Below, piece by piece: positions 26,001 to 42,900 of a stretch of 64,000 bases of DNA. The stretch spans positions 187,116,001 through 187,180,000 of the forward strand of contig OZ024742.1 of NCBI GenBank assembly GCA_964016885.1, given 5' to 3'. The stretch is from Eledone cirrhosa. Taxonomy: Eukaryota. Below the pieces are notes generated by a model, which worked only from the letters and a program-made list of their open reading frames with translations, ran no database searches and was not told where the DNA came from. The position numbers were made by a program, and so were the translations under genes. Positions within the stretch are counted from its first letter, which is position 1. Each line of letters begins with the position of its first letter.

Positions 26001-27601
26001 CATTGTTCAACTCATCTACCACTAAATTTAGGATGTCAACCGAATCTTGTCCTAGCCCGTCAGCATTCATCTCCTCAGTGGCCGTATCTCTGTTCCAGGT
26101 ATTATTTATCTCAGTATTCAGATCATTGTCTGCTTCGGGTGGTTCCTCCGCTCTCAGGACCTCCTCACCTTCATTTCCCGCCGGCTCGCTTGTCTGGCAT
26201 ACTACACCCGCCATCTCCAAGCCATTCTCTCTGCTCAGTTCCTCCAGTTCCAGCTCGCTTATCCACCCATTAGTTCTTATTACCCGAGCCTGCCCGGCCA
26301 ATTTTTGTTCATCTAATTTAAATAAACCAATCTCGTTCCAGATGTTATGCATCCGTCTCCTGTAGCCCCTCTCCTTGGGGTTACTTTTCAGGTAGCATTG
26401 CATAACAGTTCTATTCAATTCTTTCGTCCAGTTGGTTCTGGCCCCTTTCCTTCTTCTTCTTCCTCCAACATCAGCAGTATTTCGTTGACAGTCAGGTTCC
26501 TGCTGCTGAGCCAGGGGGCACCTGTTGGGTGAGAGTCTGTCACATGACGTTCTAGTCTCCATTTCACCGTTATTCGAACTGTTTATGTTCGATATTTAAA
26601 CACTCTTATCGAGGATTGGCGAATGTATGTTTACATAGCCATCTGTGGATCCGCCATCCCACTTGGCCCTTGTGTGGCATTATCACCACGCTGTATACGG
26701 ACACACATAAACAAACAAACACACGGGCAGAAAGGGCCCCAAAAATGAATAAGCATAAGTTTCATTGTAATGTAGTATTCGAATGTCTGACTTAGTTTTT
26801 GTTTTTTAAGTTTTACTTTTTCCCCCCTCTTCTCTGTCCGTCCGCCTGCCTCTCTCTTCATTCTTATTTTCTTTACGTTTTGGGGGTTTCTTTTTTTGTT
26901 TTTGTTTTTCTCTGTTTTTCTCGTTTTTTACTGTTGTTGCTGTGCTGCTTTTGTTGTTTATTTTTTCTTTTTTCTTTTGAGTCTATCTATATATTTTGAT
27001 GCCTTCCTCTTTTTTAGCAGTAGGGATTCTATAATGTGGTGGCAGCAGCCAGCTAAAAGAAGAAGTGGGAGACTGGCGGCGGTAGCGATACTGAGACAGT
27101 GGTGGTGGTGATGTCGATACCGAGACAGTGGTGGCGGTGATGTGACCGTATTACTGTAGCGATGGTGCTGTAGCGGTGGCAGCAGTGAAGGAGTGAAGGG
27201 GTGGTGGCGGCGGTGATGGGATAATGGTTGTAATGATGGCCGTAGTGATCGGTGGTGGTTTAGTGTACACAGGTGATAGGGTGGGTGGTGTATCTAGTTT
27301 CTGGTGTTGGTGAGTTTGGCTGTTCTATATAGTGTATACAGAGGAGGAGGGGGGGGGGGTTCTTCTTCCATTTATAGCCATTTTCTTTTTTGGATATACA
27401 GTGTACAATACAAAGTTGAATATTTGAATATTTGAGCCTTATAACAATATATTTTGGGTCCGAATTTTTTGGGGCTCAAGCCGGGTGCTTTACGTAGCAT
27501 TTGTACTAAGAGTTGTTATTTCACAAATGGTTTAAATATGTTAAAAATTCAAAACTTACGGGAGCGATTTCATGACCTCCGTCACCTCGTGCGTCTTCTT
27601 C

Positions 27602-27602
<1 letters not shown>
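23095..27602 (-). mobile_element. R4/Dong family A copy A2, full length (~4.5 kb)
   Basis: Head-to-tail with A1 across a ~40-nt (TAA)n spacer. 5' terminus GGAAGAAGACGCACGAGG is shared with A4. Confidence 0.93.
23170..26562 (-). CDS. R4/Dong-type polyprotein, 1130 aa, intact
   Basis: Same motifs as A1, differing by roughly 9 amino acids. Confidence 0.95.
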   Translation of the reverse strand: METRTSCDRLSPNRCPLAQQQEPDCQRNTADVGGRRRRKGARTNWTKELNRTVMQCYLKSNPKERGYRRRMHNIWNEIGLFKLDEQKLAGQARVIRTNGWISELELEELSRENGLEMAGVVCQTSEPAGNEGEEVLRAEEPPEADNDLNTEINNTWNRDTATEEMNADGLGQDSVDILNLVVDELNNDSGRPMNLRFVDRKKLKETTAKVNKVIPYLEARSLHQCNNILKATANTVRKLLGIKARGNNRQERAEPWWKKRLSGQIGEMRNDIGKLESLLNGTLKNIGTKNRLEIKYKTRSKKLNIIIEELKQRIVAKSAKIRRYENRVSQYKQNRMFDNNQKMLFGQLEGKERGTDLIPGAEQAKTFWRGIWEQDVRHNAQAGWIETVQREIGEQAQQQTDLSITVETLKGQAKKLTNWKSPGPDGVQGYWIKHLTSLHPKLTAMFNDCLVSGEVPEWLTKGTTVLIMKDRIKGNDVTNYRPITCLPVMWKLLTSIVSEEIYHHLHTNNLLPDEQKGCRKKSRGTKDQLLIDKMVMGNCRRRHTDLAMGWIDYRKAFDMVPHSWITKSLEIFRVADNIRELLGRSMGSWETELTSTGVSLGSVKIKRGIFQGDSLSPLLFVLALMPLTIMLRKVRAGYKLGRGELTINHLLFMDDLKLFGKSEKELDVLVDTVRIFSSDICMQFGIGKCGVIVMRRGRLSRSNGIQIPTGEMIKEIDSEEGYKYLGVLEADGIKNKKMKELLRTEYIRRVRSVLKSHLNSRNAISAVNSRAVSIIRYSAGILRWNVAEQKEMDRKTRKLLTIYNMFHKRSDVDRLYLRRSEGGRGLISIEDCVQMEKNNLYKYVTYSKEPMLRAVLKEGRVGQGIPKEEITSRRKSSLKGKSLHSTFFEKTEFRDPQTWNWLRRGDLKKATEGMLMAAQEQALKTKWLKHHIYKEEASPLCRICGEREETVAHIVSECKHLAQTHYKGWRHDVMGRVIHWHLCKVNNLPHSEKWYEHRPEAVMENSQVKVLWDFRIQTDKKLEHNRPDLVVVDKEKRSCLIVDVACPFDTRVQEKEREKINRYQDLKWEVKRIWNCHEVKVIPIVIGALGTISKGFQGWLKKIGPFTLFGTLQKACLLGTARTLRYVLNI

Positions 27603-27658
<56 letters not shown>

Positions 27659-27659
27659 G

Positions 27660-27725
27660 TTTTTTTTCTCGTGCAATCGCCATACTCGATAACGAGGGGG
27701 CAACCATCATCATGTATGTATGTAT
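27660..27725 (+). mobile_element. displaced 3' tail of the RTE at 16158-17691
   Basis: GCCATACTCGATAACGAGGGGGCAACCATCATCATGTATGTATG matches the RTE tail GCCGTACTCGAAAACGAGTTGGCAGCCACCATGTATG at 16108-16160. Confidence 0.7.
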
Positions 27726-27953
27726 GAATGAATGTATGTGTAAATCTATGTATGAACCCGTTATTTATCTGTGAATGTTTGTGAGCACGCGCGCGTGTGA
27801 GGCAATTTTCTGCAATGACACCAACACATGTACAATTATCTATGTCTGGTTCACTGAATACGCACGCGTGTTTTTTTCCCCTTTCTATCTCATATCCCCC
27901 GTTCACTCCTCTTCTCACTCTTTATTCTATTCTTTTTTCTATTTCTAACTCTA

Positions 27954-27989
27954 TCTTCTGATGAAGGTCTAGTGTCCGAAATGTTAAGA
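27954..27989 (+). ncRNA. degenerate minimal hammerhead motif (PLE pLTR remnant)
   Basis: TCTT-CTGATGA-AGGTCTAGTGTCC-GAAA-TGTT-AAGA, with stem I TCTT/AAGA. Confidence 0.55.
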
Positions 27990-28384
27990 CTCTTTTCCTG
28001 CTATTTCAAGCGTTAAACTGACGTATTTCTTCAACAGATAGTGTCGTTTGCTTTGTTATTTCTGTTTACTTTTTACGCATAAACACACACACACACACGC
28101 ATATATATCGTCTAACCCATGCTAGCGTGGAAACATGGACGTTAAACGGTGATGATATATATATATTCTTTATTATCGCTGATGATTCTCGTTACTCTGG
28201 AGTTTTACTGGTGTACTAAGGGAAGTTTAAACAAGATTTTGTTCTGACCCGTATAGAAATGGTTTAAATCACACATGATACACAGTCTGGACTGTGCCAT
28301 TATGATACCATTAGGCGTGGAGTTGCTGAGTCTTTATCTTCAAAACAGATTACATTCTTTAAAGGAATGTATAATCGAACGCAG

Positions 28385-28525
28385 ACGGCGAAGTAGCAGA
28401 GTCGTTAGAACGTCGCTTTATGGTATTAGTTCCGGTTCTCTGCTCTTTGAGTTCAAATCGAGGTCAATTTCCTTTCATCTTTCGGGGTCGATAAAAAAAA
28501 GTGCCAGTCAAGTACTGGGGTCGAT
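28385..28525 (+). mobile_element. diverged SINE S1 copy
   Basis: GAGTTCAAATCG..CCTTTCATCTTTCGGGGTCGATAAAA..AGTACTGGGGTCGAT. Confidence 0.7.
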
Positions 28526-28912
28526 TCTTCGTCTATAACTCTTTCTCACTGTCCGCTCTCTTACTTTCTATTTTTCTCTGGCTTACCACCAAACTTTATA
28601 ACATCCATCAAAATTAGGCCAGCATCCAAACACAGACGGCCATTGATCTGCAATCTATAATGGATTTTCGCAACATTATATATATATGTTGGTCTGTGGG
28701 TGGGAGTGTGTGCGTGAGCATGTGTGCATATATATCTACATACATACAGGCACACACATATACATATATAAATTTGTGTGTATTTACAGAAAACATATAA
28801 CATACAGGTACAAGCAGTAAAACATCAAATTCACTAGCAGAAAAATTGGTTAAGCATCCATCGTTTAATTTTAATGTCTGTAAACAATGCATACTCTCTC
28901 ACATACATCTAT

Positions 28913-28944
<32 letters not shown>

Positions 28945-29076
28945 TATCCTTTTACGTCCGCTTTTCCCTGCTCGCAAGGGTTGGACGAGTCCTATTCAGC
29001 ACAGCATTTCTCCAAATATGGATATATATACTGACTTAAGGCTACATAACGATTAAATTTACTTTTGTCCATAAAT

Positions 29077-29335
29077 ATTAATGTAATCTGAGTTTTTCGA
29101 ATATTAATAATAACATTCGATTCATTTGCAATTGTGCAAACAAGCCTAAATTTTATAGCCATGTTAGTAGAATGAAGCCTTCATTCTTGCTCTTGTGTTG
29201 CCATGTTCACATGCCAACACAAGAGCAAGAATGAAGGGTTCATTCTACTGACATGGCGTTAAAAATGAGGCTTCTTTGCATAATTGCAAACGAATCGAAT
29301 GTTATTAATATTCGAAAAACTCAGATTACATTAAT
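29077..29335. repeat. ~260-bp near-perfect palindrome (duplicate at ~33842-34100)
   Basis: ATTAATGTAATCTGAGTTTTTCGAA...CATGT TC ACATG...TTCGAAAAACTCAGATTACATTAAT. Confidence 0.9.
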
Positions 29336-29654
29336 TGTGTTCAGCCCTGTAGAGCGAAAATTTTCTATTTTATTTGTCTATAAATAGATAAATATAAATA
29401 TTCTCACGCACACACACACACACACATGAATATGTATGTATATATATATATATATGCATAAATAAAACGAAGGAAGTGTGGTAAGGAACCAGGTAGACCA
29501 TAACGCACAAGAGTGCTCGATACTTTGGGTAGTAGAGTGGGTAATAGGAAAAGGTTCAGGACCCCGTGGGCAGAGCTCAAGCCATTTCGTCGGCTGGACT
29601 GAAATAGCCGTCGAAACGGCTTGAGCTCTGCCGTCGAGGTCCTAAACATTTTCC

Positions 29655-29715
<61 letters not shown>

Positions 29716-30030
29716 ATGTATGTAAAAGGTAAACAATCGGTACATTATATGGAAGGAATATATTAGGTTAACGCTTATAGGAAAAATAGCAGGAAGAGGG
29801 TGTTAACGTCTCCGACGCTAGTGTTCATAAGAAGAAAGAATGAGAAATAAGATAGATTGAAGGGACGGGCGGGGTGGAATTCGACAAAATGTCTTCAGAT
29901 AAAAATAACAGGTCCATTCATGTTGACATCTCTTGGAAAACTGTTGAAGCTGGCGTTTGGTGTATGATTCATATTTTTTAAAAACGTGGATGATGGAGCG
30001 CGTCTACCTGGAATATGTACACCCCCCCCC

Positions 30031-30077
<47 letters not shown>

Positions 30078-30259
30078 CGTATGAAATCGGGGATAACGAC
30101 CGTTAAAAAGGTACTCAATATATTTGTAGAGTGTAAACATCATTATTTGGTATAGAAATGGCTTCTACAGGATCAGAACCGTTTCATTCACCTACAGTTC
30201 TAGTCCTATGGAAGTTATTTCTACAATAAATAATGGTATATATATATATATATATATAT

Positions 30260-31268
30260 ATTGTTATACTTTGGGAGGGTCATGTTGCCAATAAGAAACA
30301 CACGCACCAGTTGCTTTCACTTCAATTTATTATAATAAATTTATAAATTTAGGAATTTATAAATTTCGGGTTGGTTGGTTGATTCCATAATCAGATGGTT
30401 GTTTATATATTGTAAAAGTTCTTTCGTCACACATTCTGTGACCTCTTCAGTGACTGAATAAGTTAGCTATGTCGCCTGCAATGCTAACACCAATGGCTGC
30501 TCCTTCCTCTTGGGCATATGTTTTTCCATTAAATTTGAACATATGTTCCTTAAGGGTTAATTTTATGCTGGCCCCCACCGCATGTGCAATCATTTTCTTC
30601 AGTTCATCGTGGTTTTCAGGTGTCCGTATGGCTCTGGTCCACCCGTTTCATCTATCTGTGTGGGTTTTCTTGGCCATTGAGGTAATGGTAGGTGGTCTGC
30701 CTCTTGCTGGTCTTGTAGAGCACAGGTTGCTAAGGTCATATGTGTCTAGGTAATTATTACTATAGGTAAGTTTGAGTAGGAGTCCCAGCTCACTGGTATC
30801 AATCCCACGGAACTCAACATTGCTCTCACTGATCATTTTTACGCCTTTCTCCACAGCAAAATCCACATCAATAGATGGATACAGGGACACAACATCCATA
30901 CTACCTATTATGCAGTTTGTTAGGTCCCTAGATCGGTTACTCTCGCCGATTCTGCTGAGGAGGTCCTCCGTGCTGTCACATACATCTCGGGACATTTCAA
31001 TGATGGGGCGTATGATCAGGGAGAGGAAGTAGGACAGTCTGTAGTTACTAGCAATGTTAGCTCCACAGACTGGCCGTGTTGGTGGTCCCGTGACAGGGTC
31101 ACTGCCCATTTTTGGTCTTTTCGAAGCCCATACAACGCCGGCACGTCATTGTTCCAGGCCTGGAAGTTGTTGGCAGTCCTTTTGTTGGGCTGCATTATAT
31201 TCGTCCACATCTATGGAGCTAACATTGCTAGTAACTACAAACTGTCCTACTTCCTCTCCCTGATCATA
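30260..31268 (-). mobile_element. rearranged PLE fragment: RT piece joined to a P2 pLTR (duplicate at ~35025-36033)
   Basis: PALYGLRKD, TRPVCGA and GSMDVVSLYPSID PLE RT motifs. Hammerhead core at 30412-30454 on the same strand. 31212-31267 is an inverted copy of 31011-31065. Confidence 0.85.
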
Positions 31269-32407
31269 AACAGAAACTATTAAATTTAACTATTCTAGAG
31301 AAATATACTGAGAGCTCTTGAAGGGAGAAAATGTTTCTCATATTTTTTTTATTTTTTATTATTTGATAGCTTCTCCTATTTTCGAAAGTTTATTCTTTCA
31401 AAGTTTCTGTTTATTTTTCTTATGGATATAAAATTAAGTTAAATATACGTAGAAAATGTTCTATACTAAATATATTAAAGATACTATTATTTTGAAATTA
31501 TAACTTGAAATATTCTATAATATTTTAAAGTTATATTGATTTTAAAGTTATATTGCTTATAACTATATTTCCAAATCGTAATATTGTTCTTTTGTATTTT
31601 ATGTACTCAATTATACTATGTACTGTATTTATATGTACTTCTCTCTATATGTGTGTACATATGTATATGTGTGTATTGACATGCATGTACATATGTTTTA
31701 TGCGTGTATGTCTATCTGTATGTTTATATATACGTGATGCGTATCTACCTATTTGTGAGGGTACATATGTATATGTGTATGTGGGAATTGTGTATGTACA
31801 TGTGCGTGTTTATCCATATAATTCGATCGCACTTATGTATAGTGATTATCCCAAGATTCGTGACAAAAAGACATATAATAACTGCCATAAATACATAACA
31901 GGTAATCTTATAAAACTTATATAAATTTTGTTTAATAACATAAAGTGTGTATAACATAAAATTTCCTTTAATATCTTAACAATTTAACATTTTATAACAT
32001 TCCTATATCTTAAATTAAATTAAAGAATCCTTTATATTTTGTATGTATATGTTATATACGTAGTTAGATATGTATATGTATTTTTATAAGTGTGTATATA
32101 TATTTATATGTACGTATTTTTTGCGTGTGTATACGTGTTATGTAATATATTGATCCCAATATTTAATATATTGATCTCAATATTTAACTGATTAACTAAA
32201 CATCTTATCATATTTAAACAATGGTTAAATTTCTCATATTATATATGTATATTCCATTCATGATTATTAACATTTCTAATTTTTATTTATTCATTTCATC
32301 TCAATTATTAAGTTAACTCAACAAGATATGACTTAGAGTTTTTCGTTCTCTCTCATTTTTTCCATCTCCTCTCTCTCTCTCTCCATATTTCTCTCTCTGT
32401 TTATTCT

Positions 32408-32442
<35 letters not shown>

Positions 32443-32605
32443 TTCTCTATCTTTCTATTTCTCCGTAACCCAACGGCTTATTTTAAAAATATCCAATACT
32501 AATAATTAACGTTATAACTCTACTATCCGGGAGCTTCCAATAGTAATGGTTGCATTCTTTAAGGGTATGTCAATATTTATTTATAAAATTGATCTATATT
32601 ATATT

Positions 32606-32659
32606 TTATCTGATGAAAGCACACCATAATTTAACTTGGTGTCCTTGAAATATGTATAA
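32606..32659 (+). ncRNA. hammerhead-like motif with long stem II in an AT-rich PLE 3' region (duplicate 37371-37424; related minus-strand copy ~44953-45005)
   Basis: CTGATGA-AAGCACACCA-loop-TGGTGTCCTT-GAAA-TATGTA. Confidence 0.55.
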
Positions 32660-32796
32660 TGAAATAAATATGGTTTTATAAATATAGTTTCCATTTGTTA
32701 ATATCGTATTTTTACTCCAAATATTTGTTGACTGCTTTATATCAGTTATAAAAATATTTGCTTGTTGTATCACAACAATTTAAATAGAACTCTTAC

Positions 32797-33023
<227 letters not shown>

Positions 33024-33221
33024 ATATAACTGCTCTGTAGAACAACTGATGTTATTACATTGAGCTATTTATCTTACTGGTAATAAGGTAATAATAAATT
33101 ACTGACCTTCACTGTTTAGGGTTTAAAATATATATAACTATAACAAGTTTTGTATATACATAACCATAAGTAGTATCGTTAATATTATATATATATATAT
33201 TTATATATATATATATACATG

Positions 33222-33290
<69 letters not shown>

Positions 33291-33471
33291 GTGTGTGCGT
33301 GTGCGTGTCTGTATAAATGTATACATAAGTAAATTAATATACCTTTGTACACGTCCCGGCACAAATCACTATAATAATAGTCCATCATTATAAATAAGAC
33401 TTGATAATAGTGAAAAACGTGCCACTGGAAACAGGAACAGCAGAAAGAAAAGCATCGGTCCTCTTTTTCTG

Positions 33472-33801
33472 CCTATACGAATAAGTAATGGTATTAACAT
33501 AACATATACTTAGCTACCACATCAAGACGTAAAATATCCGCGTATAGTTCGTACTATCCTTTAGGGTATAATATGGGGCTGTAATACAGGAAAGTGTTGT
33601 ACAATTTATGTTTACAAGCCGAAATTGCCTCAGATTTTTTGTTTAAGATGTGGTCTTTGGCGTAGAGTATTTCGAGGGCCTCAGCGGCGCAGAGGTCACA
33701 TGGTCTTTTATTTCCGTTATACGATCTAGCCCTAGCTAGGATCTCCCAGTGTAACTTATATTGGGTGTGGTTATCTTTTAGACTCCAGATATAAACTGAA
33801 C
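33472..33801 (-). mobile_element. 330-bp copy of the Naiad-type PLE ORF end at the duplication junction
   Basis: Identical by eye to 40986-41315. Confidence 0.9.
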
Positions 33802-38236
<4,435 letters not shown>

Positions 38237-38331
38237 CAGTTGGAACTTTACCCTGTTTGCTCAAATATTATTTAGAGTGATCAACTAGGATTAGTGGGGA
38301 CGTACAGGTTTCAATATATGTATATATTCAT

Positions 38332-38382
<51 letters not shown>

Positions 38383-38658
38383 TAATTCACAAGAATCAAA
38401 GCTATGTTCAAAGCATTTAAATGCCTTAAACATAGCTTTGATTCTTGTGAATTCTATATAACTGCTCTGTAGAACAACTGATGTTATTACATTGAGCTAT
38501 TTATCTTGCTGGTAATAAGGTAGTAATAAATTACTGACCTTCACTGTTTAGGGTTTAAAATATATATAACTATAAAAAGTTTTAGTATATACATAACCAT
38601 AAATAGTATCCTTAATATTATATATATATATATTTATATATATATATATACATGCATG

Positions 38659-38710
<52 letters not shown>

Positions 38711-38715
38711 CATGC

Positions 38716-38789
<74 letters not shown>

Positions 38790-38858
38790 ATACATGTATA
38801 CATAAGTAAATTAATATATCTTTGTACACGTCCCGGCACAAATGACTATAATAATATT

Positions 38859-38899
<41 letters not shown>

Positions 38900-38907
38900 G
38901 TATATGT

Positions 38908-38940
<33 letters not shown>

Positions 38941-39273
38941 ATTATATGTGTGTAGGCATGTGTATACAAATGCATATATGTTTGTCTATGCTTATATATC
39001 ATGCGCACATACATACACGCACACATACACACACACATATATATATATATGTATATACATACACATACACGTATATCCCTTGCTCATTAATACGTGTTCT
39101 TCATCAGTGAAATACGGTCAACAATTGAAGTGACACACAAGAAAGATGCCTCTATTTAGCATCCAACATCAATATTGTTGTAAACCTTACATGTACATCT
39201 ATGACAGCTGTACTTACTGAACTCTGATCAAAGCGAAATATCTATTGGCAGATAACTAAGAAAATATAGGGCA

Positions 39274-39326
<53 letters not shown>

Positions 39327-39329
39327 AAT

Positions 39330-39367
<38 letters not shown>

Positions 39368-39865
39368 TGATTAATTGATGATATATATATACTTATACAT
39401 AGGTATAAACATACATACGAGGGAGTCCAACCAGTTTTGCTTATTGAAGGAATTAATGAAAATCAATTTATCAGAGCGTAATCAAATTATATTTGGGAAG
39501 AGTAAACAAGTTGAGGAAAACATTTTTTACTTCGATGTATCCACTGCAGTTTCGCTGAGTTTACCGCAGTTTCTATGACTGGGAGGCGTCTCAGCTCATT
39601 AAGAAACTTCTAAATGAAGAAAACTTTTTCTGAGTTATCTGCTACCAGCGGTAATTTCGAATGGAAAAATAATCACATGATCAACAGAAAGAGTGATGGT
39701 AGGTGGACAATGGGAAGTAACGGACTGCTAGAAATAGCAGTCCGAGTCAGCCTAATTTTATACTCTATCGTAGGGTAATCATGAACGAATATATATATAT
39801 ATATATATACATACATATATATCTATATATATCTATATCTCACTCCCTCCCCCCCTCTCTCTCTC

Positions 39866-39949
<84 letters not shown>

Positions 39950-39954
<5 letters not shown>

Positions 39955-42900
39955 TAAAATAACAGAATAAAGTTTAAGCAAATAATCGCTGCTTTCCCCC
40001 TTAACGGGATCTTCTGAAACTAAAATAGTCAATCTGTTAACGCAGAAGTAAATATTTAAAAAAATGTTGCAACTGAAGTAAGACAGGATGACGTTACTTT
40101 GGCTCGTCGAAACGTTCCCTGGCAAAGAACGAAAAAAAAAAGAAGATAATACGTCATTATTTGGTGCAGTGAAAACAATTACACGCAAAGACAAAACCAC
40201 GTTTATGGTATAAATAAAGTCGTAGACTAATATTCTATTAGGTGGTTCATGGAGACGTTCTCTGGCAATGAACGCAAACACGAAGATAATACGTCATATG
40301 TGGAGCAATGAGAACAATTACACGCAAAGACAAAACCACGTAAATGGTATAACTGAAGTCGTAGACTGAAACTCTATTTAGGAAACCGAATGATTCTCGG
40401 CTTCAGCGTTAAGAATTTAGTAAATAAAATACAGAAGTTATAGAAATTAAATATATACATACATACTACCATAACGTACATACACAAGCATACGCGAAAA
40501 CACTTCCCATGGGTATGCAAATACAAGCACGTACACACACACAAAAAAAGAAAAAGAAACACACGCACATACAGAACCCACGCAACGCCTGTACCGCACA
40601 CATACGAACGTATACACCAAATACACATAAAAATAAATAAAAACATATATACATCCACATGTGTGTGTGCGTGTATACATAATTAAATAAACGTATATAA
40701 ATATACACACATAAATACATATATAACGCGCGCACACACACACCCACACACACATTTAAATACACATAAGTTCGCGGACGAACGTCAACCAAAACACAAA
40801 GTACACATATACACACACCCTACATACGTACGAACCCGCATACTCACATAGACGCAACTCACGTATATATAAAACCAAATGCACATGTACCAGTATATAT
40901 AATATATACGTCAATAATATATACAAGCAAATATACGTACGAGAAAGTATACGTACTTAACAAAACATAAAGGTAATATATACTTCCTATACGAATAAGT
41001 AATGGTATTAACATAACATATACTTAGCTACCACATCAAGACGTAAAATATCCGCGTATAGTTCGTACTATCCTTTAGGGTATAATATGGGGCTGTAATA
41101 CAGGAAAGTGTTGTACAATTTATGTTTACAAGCCGAAATTGCCTCAGATTTTTTGTTTAAGATGTGGTCTTTGGCGTAGAGTATTTCGAGGGCCTCAGCG
41201 GCGCAGAGGTCACATGGTCTTTTATTTCCGTTATACGATCTAGCCCTAGCTAGGATCTCCCAGTGTAACTTATATTGGGTGTGGTTATCTTTTAGACTCC
41301 AGATATAAACTGAACGTGACGTCATACTCCTTCTTAAAGGGTTAAGAAAAGAATGGGTATGCATGTGAAGACGCTGCTTGAATCTACTGGCGGTTAACCC
41401 TATGTAAGCCCTACGGGACGTAGGTGTTTCAACCTTACATTTGTAGACAATGTTACTAGAGAGGCATTTCCCGGATAGGGCAAAGCCAACCCGATTCCTA
41501 CAATTACAGTTAGTACTAGCTACAGGGTTGCACGTGTTCCTACGGCTAGGTAATTTAGCTAAATTCGAAGCTGTGATGTTATGTGCAAGGTTAGGAGTCG
41601 TAGAGTAAGACATTTTAATGGTATTTCTATTTAACATTTTACCATATTTATGTGCTGGGTGAAAATGCTTCATAATAAGGGAGAGAAAGATCTTAGCTAA
41701 AAGTGTGGCCACCTCCATATTATATGGTGGGTTATACCATATAATGCGTCGGGATCTATTTTTCCTAGGTGTATTCTCGTACTCTGTATGAGCTACCTTA
41801 TCGACAAATCCACTCCGAGCAAGAGCTTCATTGTAATATGTGGAATGGTCGTTGGAAATATGCTCGTTTGTAGATAGACGGGAAAGCCTCAAAGAAACGT
41901 TTCTTACCAGGTTCTTGGTTATGCTGGCAGGATGGGTAGAATGCTTACTTATGTAATTAAGCGTATCATTCGGCTTTCTATACGCGTAGTGCAAGCCATT
42001 CGACAAATCGAGGGTAACGTCGAGGTAATTAACAACCGAGAGGTTGACCTCAACCTGTATGGAAAGACTGTACTTTAAAGAAGGCTGTGAGTTCTTTTCT
42101 GAACATGTCACAAGCATGTGGGCCGCACTTTGTCATGGTCAAAAGACCGTCATCACGGTACAAACCACCGCCCACGTTGGGGAATTCTTCCTTGATAGAG
42201 AAAAGAAGGAAAAGGCCGATAAGATCAGTAACCTCCGCGGAATCGCTGGCGCCCATACTCACATCGAATGGGATACTATTAGATTTTTTAATCCAAATAG
42301 AGTCGTCGAAATTAATCACCGACTTACGGGCATTGAGGATGACATCAACTTCGAAATCTTTAACCACTGTGAGTGTTTTAGCGAAATTGATAGCTCTATG
42401 AAGAAGTGGTAAAGTGATGGAGGAGTAGTAATTACTGATTGGATAAAACGGCAATGTTCCTTGTTGCATATGCCGTTGTATCACCGCGAAAGAACTGTTT
42501 CACAGTGCAAGAGGGGCCAAACTTCTAATTTCAGGTATAATTTTATCTAAAATCCTTTTACTAAGCTTACCTAAATCGAACTTCGTAGGGTTAATAAGCC
42601 GAATAGAGGGGTCGTTCGGGAAATTGGATTTGTGATCCTTCAGGGTAAAGTGGGGAGAAATAGGGTCCAGAGGTACGGTCCAGGATGTTGAGATCAGAGG
42701 TGATATTAAACCCAGCATCGTTGATTTCATTAATGACGCTCCGATTAGTTTTACGGTAATCCTTAGTTACAGCATTATGTAGCAGTTGATGGTAAGTACT
42801 GCGGTCCACTTGATATAGATTGCCAGTTTTGTCGGAATGGACGTGCACGGCATTAGAATCCTTAATAGAACGAATTCTATTCTTCAGGTCCTGCTGGAAG

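Noticed and set aside
27560-27602. HDV-like ribozyme at the exact 5' end of family A
   Set aside because: I could not build the P1/P2/P3/L3 topology from this sequence.
42500-42502. In-frame TGA in the Naiad-like RT as possible selenocysteine
   Set aside because: It falls where related RTs usually have Trp (TGG to TGA) in a copy with multiple frameshifts, so it is most simply a nonsense mutation.
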